DNA of 64,000 nt from NCBI GenBank assembly GCA_950097015.1, contig CATNEN010000039.1, positions 12,338,001 to 12,402,000 of the forward strand, written 5' to 3'. Below are positions 47,391-60,300 of this stretch, piece by piece; position 1 is the first letter of the stretch; every line of letters begins with the position of its first letter. The notes below the pieces were generated by a model that saw only the letters and a list, made by a program, of their open reading frames with translations, had not been told where the DNA came from and did no database searches. The position numbers and the translations under genes are program-made. This DNA is from Macrostomum hystrix (taxonomy: Eukaryota > Animalia > Platyhelminthes).

Positions 47391-50253
47391 TACTCTGAGA
47401 ACTGGTCTTTAAGTGAGTCATTATCTACTCTGAGAACTGGTCTTTAAGTGAGTCAATAGCTACTCTGAGAACTGGTCTTTAAGTGAGTCAATAGCTACTC
47501 TGAGAACTGGTCTTTAAGTGAGTCAATATCTACTCTGAGAACTGGTCTTTAAGTGAGTTAATAGCTACTCTGAGAACTGGTCTTTAAGTGAGTTAATAGC
47601 TACTCTGAGAACTGGTCTTTAAGTGAGTTAATAGCTACTCTGAGAACTGGTCTTTAAGTGAGTCATTATCTACTCTGAGAACTGGTCTTTAAGTGAGTCA
47701 ATAGCTACTCTGAGAACTGGTCTTTAAGTGAGTCAATAGCTACTCTGAGAACTGGTCTTTAAGTGAGTCAATAGCTACTCTGAGAACTGGTCTTTAAGTG
47801 AGTCAATAGCTACTCTGAGAACTGGTCTTTAAGTGAGTCATTATCTACTCTGAGAACTGGTCTTTAAGTGAGTCATTATCTACTCTGAGAACTGGTCTAT
47901 TAGTGAGTCAATATCTACTCTGAGAACTGGTCTTTAAGTGAGTCAATAGCTACTCTGAGAACTGGTCTTTAAGTGAGTCAATAGCTACTCTGAGAACTGG
48001 TCTTTAAGTGAGTCAATAGCTACTCTGAGAACTGGTCTTTTAAGTGAGTCATTATCTACTCTGAGAACTGGTCTATTAGTGAGTCAATATCTACTCTGAG
48101 AACTGGTCTATTAGTGAGTCAATATCTACTCTGAGAACTGGTCTTTAAGTGAGTTAATAGCTACTCTGAGAACTGGTCTTTAAGTGAGTCAATAGCTACT
48201 CTGAGAACTGGTCTTTAAGTGAGTCAATAGCTACTCTGAGAACTGGTCTTTAAGTGAGTCAATAGCTACTCTGAGAACTGGTCTTTAAGTGAGTCAATAG
48301 CTACTCTGAGAACTGGTCTTTAAGTGAGTCAATAGCTACTCTGAGAACTGGTCTTTAAGTGAGTTAATATCTACTCTGAGAACTGGTCTTTTAAGTGAGT
48401 CATTATCTACTCTGAGAACTGGTCTATTAGTGAGTCAATATCTACTCTGAGAACTGGTCTTTAAGTGAGTTAATAGCTACTCTGAGAACTGGTCTTTAAG
48501 TGAGTCAATAGCTACTCTGAGAACTGGTCTTTAAGTGAGTCAATAGCTACTCTGAGAACTGGTCTTTAAGTGAGTCAATAGCTACTCTGAGAACTGGTCT
48601 TTAAGTGAGTCAATAGCTACTCTGAGAACTGGTCTTTAAGTGAGTCAATAGCTACTCTGAGAACTGGTCTTTAAGTGAGTCAATAGCTACTCTGAGAACT
48701 GGTCTTTAAGTGAGTCATTATCTACTCTGAGAACTGGTCTTTAAGTGAGTCAATAGCTACTCTGAGAACTGGTCTTTAAGTGAGTCAATAGCTACTCTGA
48801 GAACTGGTCTTTAAGTGAGTCAATAGCTACTCTGAGAACTGGTCTTTAAGTGAGTCATTATCTACTCTGAGAACTGGTCTTTAAGTGAGTCAATAGCTAC
48901 TCTGAGAACTGGTCTTTAAGTGAGTCAATAGCTACTCTGAGAACTGGTCTTTAAGTGAGTCAATAGCTACTCTGAGAACTGGTCTTTAAGTGAGTCAATA
49001 GCTACTCTGAGAACTGGTCTTTAAGTGAGTCAATAGCTACTCTGAGAACTGGTCTTTAAGTGAGTCAATAGCTACTCTGAGAACTGGTCTTTAAGTGAGT
49101 CAATAGCTACTCTGAGAACTGGTCTTTAAGTGAGTCAATAGCTACTCTGAGAACTGGTCTTTAAGTGAGTCATTATCTACTCTGAGAACTGGTCTTTAAG
49201 TGAGTCAATAGCTACTCTGAGAACTGGTCTTTAAGTGAGTCAATAGCTACTCTGAGAACTGGTCTTTAAGTGAGTCAATAGCTACTCTGAGAACTGGTCT
49301 ATTAGTGAGTCAATATCTACTCTGAGAACTGGTCTTTAAGTGAGTCAATAGCTACTCTGAGAACTGGTCTTTAAGTGAGTTAATAGCTACTCTGAGAACT
49401 GGTCTTTAAGTGAGTCAATAGCTACTCTGAGAACTGGTCTTTAAGTGAGTCAATAGCTACTCTGAGAACTGGTCTTTAAGTGAGTCAATAGCTACTCTGA
49501 GAACTGGTCTTTAAGTGAGTCAATAGCTACTCTGAGAACTGGTCTTTAAGTGAGTCAATAGCTACTCTGAGAACTGGTCTTTAAGTGAGTTAATAGCTAC
49601 TCTGAGAACTGGTCTTTAAGTGAGTTAATAGCTACTCTGAGAACTGGTCTTTAAGTGAGTCAATAGCTACTCTGAGAACTGGTCTTTAAGTGAGTCAATA
49701 GCTACTCTGAGAACTGGTCTTTAAGTGAGTCAATAGCTACTCTGAGAACTGGTCTTTAAGTGAGTTAATATCTACTCTGAGAACTGGTCTTTTAAGTGAG
49801 TCATTATCTACTCTGAGAACTGGTCTATTAGTGAGTCAATATCTACTCTGAGAACTGGTCTTTAAGTGAGTTAATAGCTACTCTGAGAACTGGTCTTTAA
49901 GTGAGTCAATATCTACTCTGAGAACTGGTCTTTAAGTGAGTCAATAGCTACTCTGAGAACTGGTCTTTAAGTGAGTCAATAGCTACTCTGAGAACTGGTC
50001 TTTAAGTGAGTCAATAGCTACTCTGAGAACTGGTCTTTAAGTGAGTCAATAGCTACTCTGAGAACTGGTCTTTAAGTGAGTTAATAGCTACTCTGAGAAC
50101 TGGTCTTTAAGTGAGTTAATAGCTACTCTGAGAACTGGTCTTTAAGTGAGTCATTATCTACTCTGAGAACTGGTCTTTAAGTGAGTCAATAGCTACTCTG
50201 AGAACTGATCTATTAGTGAGTCAATAGCTACTCTGAGAGCTGGTCTATTAGTG
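47391..50253. repeat. 35-bp minisatellite (TACTCTGAGAACTGGTCTTTAAGTGAGTCAATAGC), largest array in the window
   Basis: Direct reading; ~80 units. Confidence 0.97.
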
Positions 50254-50304
50254 AATGAGATCTTGTTTGTGTACAAGATATGGTCTGTGTACTATATTAT
50301 ATTT

Positions 50305-50762
50305 TCCATGCCTATCCTGTGTACATGTCTGTATACTGTGTTCCATGCCTTGCCTGTGTACATGTCTGTGTTCCATGCCTAGCTTGTGTACATGTCTGTA
50401 TACTGTGTTCCATGCCTAGCCTGTGTACATGTCTGTGTTCCATGTCTAGCCTGTGTACATGTCTGTGTTCCATGCCTAGCCTGTGTACATGTCTGTGTTC
50501 CATGCCTAGCCTGTGTACATGTCTGTGTTCCATGCCTAGCTTGTGTACATGTCTGTATACTGTGTTCCATGCCTAGCCTGTGTACATGTCTGTATACTGT
50601 GTTCCATGCCTAGCCTGTGTACATGTCTGTATACTGTGTTCCATGCCTAGCCTGTGTACATGTCTGTGTTCCATGCCTAGCCTGTGTGCATGTCTGTGTT
50701 CTATGTCTAGCCTGTGTACATGTCTGTTTTCCATGCCTAGCCTGTGTACATGTTTGTTTTCC
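50305..50762. repeat. 30/37-bp minisatellite (TGTGTACATGTCTGTGTTCCATGCCTAGCC)
   Basis: Direct reading. Confidence 0.93.
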
Positions 50763-51356
50763 AGGCCCCTTATTGCAGAATAGCATACAGTCCAGCGGGC
50801 TGTACACTTGTAAGTCTTTCCTGTACTAATTATCAATGAGAGCATATTGTCATCATCTTATTATCATAAATTAAAACCAGTACTAAAATTACTGCAATTC
50901 TGAAGCTTTCCTGTCAAAGCAAACGCTGCATCGGGTGATTGTCTAATAGATCGGAGCCAATAGCGCAACGCCAGATTGTTGCTTTTGCACGTTTTGCAAT
51001 TTTTCCAGTTTTCTATTAGGCTAGTCAAACCTGCATGGCCGCGCGGACCTCCGACAGATGCTTGAAACTATAACTAAAAGCACAGTGGCTGGATAGAGAA
51101 ACAGAAACAGAGGGAGAGAGACTGGGGTTGGGCGGAACAGTTTGGGGGTGGGTGCGGACAGATGGCGGTTGGTTGGACAAAAGCCTGAAGCTTTTCTTCT
51201 TACTGCAACAGAATATGAACTGGACCTGTGTATTTTTCAAATAGGGTTTCGCAGAAATTATATTATAATCTGTTAAAGCCCTCTGCTAGACACTGTCTAT
51301 CTATCTAGAGCACTAGCATTGTCAAGCATTGTGAAGCACAGCTCGCAGCTAGCTCA

Positions 51357-54300
51357 ATGTCTTCCAATTCCTCGTCGCCCCTTGTGCATCAGAAGGACAC
51401 AACTTATACGAAAATCTTTGTCGGCGGCCTGCCATACCACACCACCGACGATACGCTGCGAAAATATTTTGAACAATTCGGCGACTTGGACGAAGCCGTC
51501 GTCATTACGGATAGGACCACTAACAAGAGTCGAGGGTATGGATTTGTGAGTGACGAGACTGCCGGAACTTTGTGAATTTATTGTGGCTGATATTCGGAGT
51601 GACAAGAGTGACTAGAGTGACAAGAGTGACTAAAGTAGAGTGACAAGAGTAACTTAAGTAGAGTGACAAGAGTAACTGAAGTAGAGTGACAAGAGGGACT
51701 AAAGTAGAGTGACAAGAGGGACTAAAGTAGAGTGACAAGAGTGACTAAAGTAGAGTGATAAGAGTGAATAAACTAGAGTGACAAGAGTGACTAAACTAGA
51801 GTGACAAGAGTGACTAAACTAGAGTGACAAGAGTGACTGACGAAGATTGACAAGAGTGGCTGGTGTAGAGTGACAAGAGTGGCTGATGTAGAGTGACAAG
51901 AGTGACTGGTGTAGAGTGACAAGAGTACCAAGAGTGGCTGGTGTAGAGTGACAAGAGTGGCTGGTGTAGAGTGGCAAGAGTGACTGGTGTAGAGTGACAA
52001 GAGTGATTGTTGCAGACTGAAAATGGTGACTGATAAAGAGTGATAAGATAAACGGATTGGGTGACAAGAGTTAGTTCCAGCTTGGCAAGCATCTCTAATC
52101 ACTCCTATGTTCTCATCCTCTCTGGCTCTTTAGCTCATCTGACAAAATTCTAGCCAAACGCAATCGCCCGTGGGATAAATGCCGATGATAAACTTATCCC
52201 ATCGTTTTTGACGTCATTAATTGCCAATTCTGAACAAAATTTAGCAAGCCAGCAATACGAGCGTAATTTGCTTTGGAAGCCGGCGCTGCTGGACATTGTG
52301 GGTGGGAGTGAGGATTGGGGGGGTAATAAACTATAGCTGCTAAATATTTTCAACAAGAATGCAGTCAGAATTATTGCAGCGGAGTTTTGTATGACAGCTC
52401 TCCGATGAATTGTCAGCATCCGCACGTGTTCACACAGGTGTTCCCCACGGACTGCGGGCAGTTTGTCCAGTTAACTCACCTCCCCCCCCCAACCAAACTG
52501 GTGCGGGCTGAATTTCTTTATAGCTACTTGTCCCACAAAAACCCAGCAGCTGTTGCGAAGCGCTGCTGCGTTAATTCCGACTCACTTCAGTCCGCAGCGG
52601 CTCCTCCGCCACGTCCGTCCCTTTAAACATGTCCCATCTGTATTTTGGGCTGCAACTATTCTGCTTGAAACTATCTACCAGTGCCTACCTATCTACCATT
52701 GTATCTACCTTCTTATCTGCTTTCCTATCTACCATCATTTCTATCTCTTTATCTACCTTCCTATCTACCATCATATCTTCCTTCTTATCTACCTTCTTAT
52801 CTACCTTCTGTTTTACCTTATTATCTACCTTCTTATCTACCATCTTATCTAACTTCTTTGTCTACCTTCTTATCTACATTCTTATCTACTTTCTTATCTA
52901 CCTTCTCATCTACCATCCTATCTACCTTCTTATCTACCTTCTTATCTACCTTCTTATTTACCTTCCTATCTAACTTTCTATCTACCCTCCTATCTACCTT
53001 CTGATCTACCTTCCTGTCTACTATCTTATCTTTCTTCATATCTAGCTTCCTATCCACCTTCCAATCTACCTTCTTTTCTACCTTCTAATCTACTTTTGCT
53101 GTCCAGCTAATCTATCTTCCTATGAAACAATTTATTGTATTATCTATTTATCTATCTACCAACCTAATTACCTGTCCAACTACCAACCAACAGTTTATTC
53201 CAGTAATCTATCGCATCAGTTGCGTCGATGGGTTTGGAGGATTTAGCAACAAACCGCTAGCGAATATTCTGCCCAGCAACAAGGCTTTCTGTTGCAAGGC
53301 AGCCTCCGTTTCCGTCTCTCGGATTAGGATGGGCTGTACATTGCTGTGCATCCCAGTTGCGTACAATGCAGCTTTAGATTTTTTGCTATAGGAAAGAAAG
53401 CAGACAACGAAGGGAGAAGATGATAAGATGTGTACAGGGGGGTTCGTCATTCTCTGCCTTCCTTCTGCTTCTTTTGGCCATTTTGTTCTAACTTTGAATT
53501 CGTGATTTTTCTAGTCGATTTCAGTACGAGAAACGGCGTTTAGACCTTGCAATATTGGTTCGTTAGTATTTTTACCGATTTAGGTTTGAAGTGGAACCTG
53601 ATAGCTTGATGCATTTTTTAAGTTTTGAATGAAAAAGGATTCTGATGTACTCGGTAGATAGATACCATCTTTCGTACCTGTAAATACACAGGTAAAGAGG
53701 TAAATAGGTAGGTTTGGTAGGCAAATAGGTGGATTTGGTAGCCTAATAGATAGATTTGGTAGCCTAATAGATAGATTTGGTAGCCTAATAGATAGATTTG
53801 GTAGCCTAATAGATAGATTTGGTAGCCTAATAGATAGATTTGGTAGCCTAATAGATAGATTTGGTAGCCTAATAGATAGATTTGGTAGCCTAATAGATAG
53901 ATTTGGTAGGAAAATAGATAGATTTGGTAGGCAAATAGGTAGATATGGTAGGCAAATAGGTAGATTTGGTAGCCTAATAGGTAGATTTTGTAGGCAAAAA
54001 GGTAGATTTGGTAGGAAAATAGATAGATTTGGTAGGCAAATAGGTAGATTTGGTAGGCAAATAGGTAGATTTGGTAGTCTAATAGATAGATTTGGTAGGC
54101 AAATAGGTATATTTGATAGGCAAATAGGTAGATTTTGTAGGCAAATAGGTAGATTTGGTAGGCACATGCAGATTGGTAGGCAAAAAAGTAGACAATCGAA
54201 CGGCAGTAGACAAGTAGACAATTAGATAAGCTAAGTAGACAGGCAGATATGTAGGTAGGCAGACAGGTAGAATTGATGGGCTTGCTTGTTTGCAGTTTAA

Positions 54301-57300
54301 TACCTGCACAGGGAAAAAATATGACGATTGCTATCAACTTAGAAAATATTTTTTACTGAGGCCAGCCAGAGCGCGATGGTCACCCAACGCAGCAGCAGCT
54401 GCCTCTCATTAATAATTCGCCTAGTTAATATCCAAAAAAATGTATAACAAAATCCCAATGCTAAACTCCATTGTTAGTCCACTCACGTGCCGGGATGTGG
54501 ATCCTTTGTTTCGTTTGAAACTCTGTTTTTTAATGACTCACGGCTTGACTTGAGAACTGTCAATTTAGGGAGACAAAAATGAGTTATATTTTGCTAAACA
54601 AAAATATATTATCTCCTAGAGATGGTAAATCTCCTAGCAGCTTAGCCCAGTGGTTTGAGAGTCGGACTCACGACTTAAAGGTCGGGGGTTCGATTCTTGA
54701 ATCAGCTGGCGATAATTTGTACTTTAGCAAGACACTTAACTCTGCTTTGATTCAGTTCGCCAGCATCAGCTGGGGGGAGGTGGGGGGGAGGCGTTTGACA
54801 CTCGGACCAATGTCCCTATAAGTTCGATTCCGCGGCGAGGCCACATTTACGCCATTGAGGGCCAACCTCAAAGGCACAGTGAGAGTGTACACTGCCTGAC
54901 GATGAGAAATGTCAGGTCAGATGTACACACCTGTGTGCGTGTGTGCTCAGGAATCAGCGAAATGGGCAGAATTGTGAATGATAATTTAATTAATTAATTT
55001 TTCCAGGTGACAATGAAACGTGCCGAGGACGCATTCAAGGCCATCCAGGAGCCAAATCCCTGCATCGACGGCCGCAAAGCCAACGTTAATCTGGCCGTGA
55101 TCGGAGCCAAGCCTAGAACAATCCCGAATGGTGAGAATTATGAATTTATTTTTTTCTATACATATCGGCCCAGAAATTAAAACTTCAAATGCAGCGACTT
55201 TTTGTACACTTATTTGTAGATAATCGCTTGGTAAAAAAAACAATTATATCTAATCAGTTTCGCGGCGCTTAGCGTTAGAGCGTCTAACTTATGACTTGAA
55301 GGTCGGGGGTTCGATTCCCGACTCCTGTGGAAAATTTTGTGTTCTTTAGCAAGACACTGGTGTGTCACCCCAGTCCATGGACTGAACAGTCGTAAGCAGC
55401 CTCAGATGCGACTCAAGACTCGAACTTTGAACCTTCCGATCAGTCTAAAATGTCCCCTTATTCTTAGAATCAAATCAAATCCTTACCGCTAGCCTTGTGA
55501 GCAGTGCTCTCCGGATTTCCCCATCGGCAAACTGAGGCCGTCAAATACCTCCATTGAATTTTTTATTTCAAATTGCCAACCCGTGTCTGAAATTCCGGAG
55601 TAACCGACAATGCGACAATAAGCCAGCCAGAGAGTAGAGGCAACCTGGGTTTAGAATCCACTTCCTGTTGTTCCTGAGGCCTGGCTTTTGATACTCTCTG
55701 TGTTTGTGAGTGTTTCGTCTCTACGTATTGTAAAGCTTCTATAGTTGACAGACAGTATACAAGACCTCAATTGACCAACATGCTCAAATCTCAGAGCGCA
55801 CAGGGATCTCCCTTCAGAGAGCATTGTATTTCTTCAACGCTCACACACACACACACTTGCGAAAAGTCTTTGAACCAAGGTGGCTAGTTACAACGGGTGT
55901 AGATTAATGTCCTATCAGTATTCTTTGGTGAAGGAAGGAATTTTTTCCGCGGCCATTGATAAACATTGCTACAACGGGTGCGCTGTGGCTTTGACATTGC
56001 TTCAGTTGAAAAATTACATTATAATTTTCTAGAGATTATTCTCTATCTCACAGTCTTCTCTCGCCATCTCACAGTCTACTCTCGCCATCTCACAGTCTAC
56101 TCTCGCCATCTCACAGTCTACTCTCGTAATCTCACAGTCTTCTCTCGCCATCTCACAGTCTACTCTCGCCATCTCACAGTCTACTCTCGCCATCTCACAG
56201 TCTTCTCTCGCCATCTCACAGTCTACTCTCGCCATCTCACAGTCTACTCTCGCCATCTCACAGTCTACTCTCGTAATCTCACAGTCTTCTCTCGCCATCT
56301 CACAGTCTACTCTCGCCATCTCACAGTCTACTCTCGCCATCTCACAGTCTACTCTCGCAATCTCACAGTCTTCTCTCGCAATCTCACAGTCTACTCTCGC
56401 CATCTCACAGTCTACTCTCGCCATCTCACAGTCTACTCTCGCAATCTCACAGTCTTCTCTCGCCATCTCACAGTCTACTCTCGCCATCTCACAGTCTACT
56501 CTCGCCATCTCACAGTCTACTCTCGCCATCTCACAGTCTTCTCTCGCCATCTCACAGTCTACTCTCGCCATCTCACAGTCTTCTCTCGCCATCTCACAGT
56601 CTACTCTCGCAATCTCACAGTCTTCTCTCGCAATCTCACAGTCTACTCTCGCAATCTCACAGTCTTCTCTCGCAATCTCACAGTCTACTCTCGCAATCTC
56701 ACAGTCTTCTCTCGCAATCTCACAGTCTACTCTCGCAATCTCACAGTCTACTCTCGCCATCTCACAGTCTATTCTCGCCATCTCACAGTCTACTCTCGCC
56801 ATCTCACAGTCTACTCTCGCCATCTCACAGTCTACTCTCGCCATCTCACAGTCTTCTCTCGCCATCTCACAGTCTACTCTCGCCATCTCACAGTCTTCTC
56901 TCGCCATCTCACAGTCTACTCTCGCAATCTCACAGTCTTCTCTCGCAATCTCACAGTCTACTCTCGCAATCTCACAGTCTTCTCTCGCAATCTCACAGTC
57001 TACTCTCGCAATCTCACAGTCTTCTCTCGCAATCTCACAGTCTACTCTCGCCATCTCACAGTCTACTCTCGCCATCTCACAGTCTACTCTCGCCATCTCA
57101 CAGTCTACTCTCGCCATCTCACAGTCTTCTCTCGCCATCTCACAGTCTACTCTCGCCATCTCACAGTCTTCTCTCGCCATCTCACAGTCTACTCTCGCAA
57201 TCTCACAGTCTACTCTCGCAATCTCACAGTCTTCTCTCGCAATCTCACAGTCTTCTCTCGCAATCTCACAGTCTACTCTCGCAATCTCACAGTCTACTCT

Positions 57301-60300
57301 CGCCATCTCACAGTCTACTCTCGCCATCTCACAGTCTTCTCTCGCAATCTCACAGTCTTCTCTCGCAATCTCACAGTCTACTCTCGCAATCTCACAGTCT
57401 TCTCTCGCAATCTCACAGTCTACTCTCGCAATCTCACAGTCTTCTCCCGACATCTCCCAATCTACTCTCGCCATCTCACAATCTACTCTCCCCTTCTCAC
57501 AGTCTACTCTCGCCATCTCACAGTCTACTCTCCCCTTCTCACAGTCTACTCTCCCCTTCTCACAGTCTACTCTACCCATCTCACAGTCTACTCTACCCAT
57601 CTCACAGTCTACTCTACCCATCTCACAGTCTACTCTACCCATCTCACAGTCTACTGTCCCCATCTCACAGTCTACTGTCCCCATCTCACAGTCTACTGTC
57701 CCCATCTCACAGTCCACTGTCCCCATCTCACAGTCTACTGTCCCCATCTCACAGTCTACTGTCCCCATCTCACAGTCTAGTCTCTCCGTCTCTACTTTCA
57801 CCTTCTACTCATATATTGCCTAGTTTATTTAATCTAGTACTGTCTAATTCTAGCGGTAAAATATCCTCCATATCAAATTTATCCCACTCGACCTGTCTCT
57901 GTATGCTCACCTTTTCTCCCAAACCCACTACTTCCTTCTAAGGAATCCCATTTCTCCCCCCACCCCAATTATCCTTTGCCTATTAAGAGCTCAACGTTGA
58001 TAAAACTCGAGAATTTTTAAGAGAAGGAAGACACTCACAGGCCTACTCGAAATGTTGGCTTGGGATCTGCCTTTGTCATAATTCACCTGATTAACTTTGA
58101 GACCTGATGGTCTGATCTCTTCATCCTCAGTGTGAGTGCTAGCCTAGATTAGACTCTTATACTTTATAGTGATTTAATTTTCCTATCAGCTACAAGGGGC
58201 GGGTATCAGATGGGACTTAGAAAGGGAGAAAGATCAGAGAGGAAATGTGCCTAATAGTTAGCAGGTAATCAACAAGCTGCAGTAAAATGGCTTCGGTTAA
58301 AAATTGACTGTAGGAATATGAGAAAGGGGAGAGATGAGACACGGGAGAGATGAGACACGGGAGAGATGAGACACGGGAGAGATGACACACGGGAGAGATG
58401 AGACACGGGAGAGATGAGACACGGGAGAGATGAGACACGGGAGAGATGAGACACGGGAGAGATGAGACACGGGAGAGATGAGACACGGGAGAGATGAGAC
58501 ACGGGAGAGATGAGACACGGGAGAGATGAGACACGGGAGAGATGAGACACGGGAGAGATGAGACACGGGAGAGATGAGACACGGGAGAGATGAGACACGG
58601 GAGAGATGAGACACGGGAGAGATGACACACGGGAGAGATGAGACACGGGAGAGATGAGACACGGGAGAGATGAGACACGGGAGAGATGAGACACGGGAGA
58701 GATGAGACATGGGAGAGATGAGAAAGGGGAGAGATGAGACACGGGAGAGATGAGAAAGGGGACTGGGAGAATGAAACATGTACACTATACACGACAACCT
58801 TCTTATCGTCAAATTTTCCGGCGCCAATTTGAATTTGGTCACAAGCTCGCAAAAATATTTAACTAATTTATTACGCTTTATATTCAGCGAATTTTTTTCA
58901 GACAAAATGAGCAAATCTTATGTCTCACTAGCAATTGTCTAATTGTGCTCTGAGCTCTATTATAATTTTCATTCTTCTAGTCTGTGAATAGATTCGGAGA
59001 TTTGTATCTGACGCACTCGACCAACAATCTGTTTCCAGCTATAGTGATGGTTGCTATACTATTGTGAACCTGTTATGACTCAGCTAATTTTTATGCTGCA
59101 CCCCTATAGGAGGGTCTTGTCATTTCTCAGACCTTTCAGCGTCATTCGGTTGGCCGAAACTTATGTTGCAGAACTTGTGCTGAAAAGTTCTCTAAAGATT
59201 TTCAAGCAAAGCTAATGCCAGGTTCTTAATTAGTGCTATAAGAGAGCAGTAAAGAATTTTTCATTGTTACAAATTGTGTCGTAAAATGCAGCTTCCATAT
59301 AATAAAAACTGGTTTAGCTTTATCTACAATGCCGCACAGAGATGCTTAAAAACACCTGTTAGACACGATATGGTCTGTTACGGTGTCACCTGTTAGATAC
59401 GGTGTCACCTGTTAGATACGGTGTCACCTGTTAGATACGGTGTCACCTGTTAGATACGGTGTCACCTGTTAGATACGGTGTCACCTGTTAGATACGGTGT
59501 CACCTGTTAGATACGGTGTCACCTGTTAGATACGGTGTCACCTGTTAGATACGGTGTCACCTGTTAGATACGGTGTCACCTGTTAGATACGGTGTCACCT
59601 GTTAGATACGGTGTCACCTGTTAGATACGGTGTCACCTGTTAGATACGGTGTCACCTGTTAGATACGGTGTCACCTGTTAGATACGGTGTCACCTGTTAG
59701 ATACGGTGTCACCTGTTAGATACGGTGTCACCTGTTAGATACGGTGTCACCTGTTAGATACGGTGTCACCTGTTAGATATGGTGTCACCTGTTAACTAGG
59801 GTGTCACCTGTTAGATACGGTGTCACCTGTTAGATACGGTGTCACCTGTTAGATACGGTGACACCTGTTAGATAGGTTTTACCTGTTAGATACGGTGTCA
59901 CCTGTTAGATACGGTGTCACCTGTTAGATACGGTGTCACCTGTTAGATACGGTGTCACCTTTTAGATAAGGTGTCACCTGTTAGATACGGTGTCACCTGT
60001 TAGATAAGGTGTCCCATGTTACAAATCGATGCCTAGTTGATAAATCAAAATTAATTTTCCACATTTCAGCTCACTTGCAGGCACTTGCTCTAGCTAGAAT
60101 GCAGCAGACTATTCAATCTCCAGTTGGGTAAGTACTTTTGTTGGTTTTTCTCGCGATTATTGAATTGAAGATTAAACAAATCATACATTTATGAAAGTAT
60201 GATTACATTATTTTCGACAACAATTAATTTAGTTAATGCAGATTTTGAACAAATTACTTAATACCATAACTGGCTTTGCACTGTTTTAGGCCAACACACT

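Noticed and set aside
47391-50253. 35-bp repeat of CRISPR-like unit length
   Set aside because: Units are head-to-tail with no unique spacers, there are no cas genes, and the context is eukaryotic.
55966-57801. 604-aa and 590-aa ORFs on opposite strands
   Set aside because: Both are translations of a stop-free 21-bp intronic minisatellite, with no domain content or exon support.
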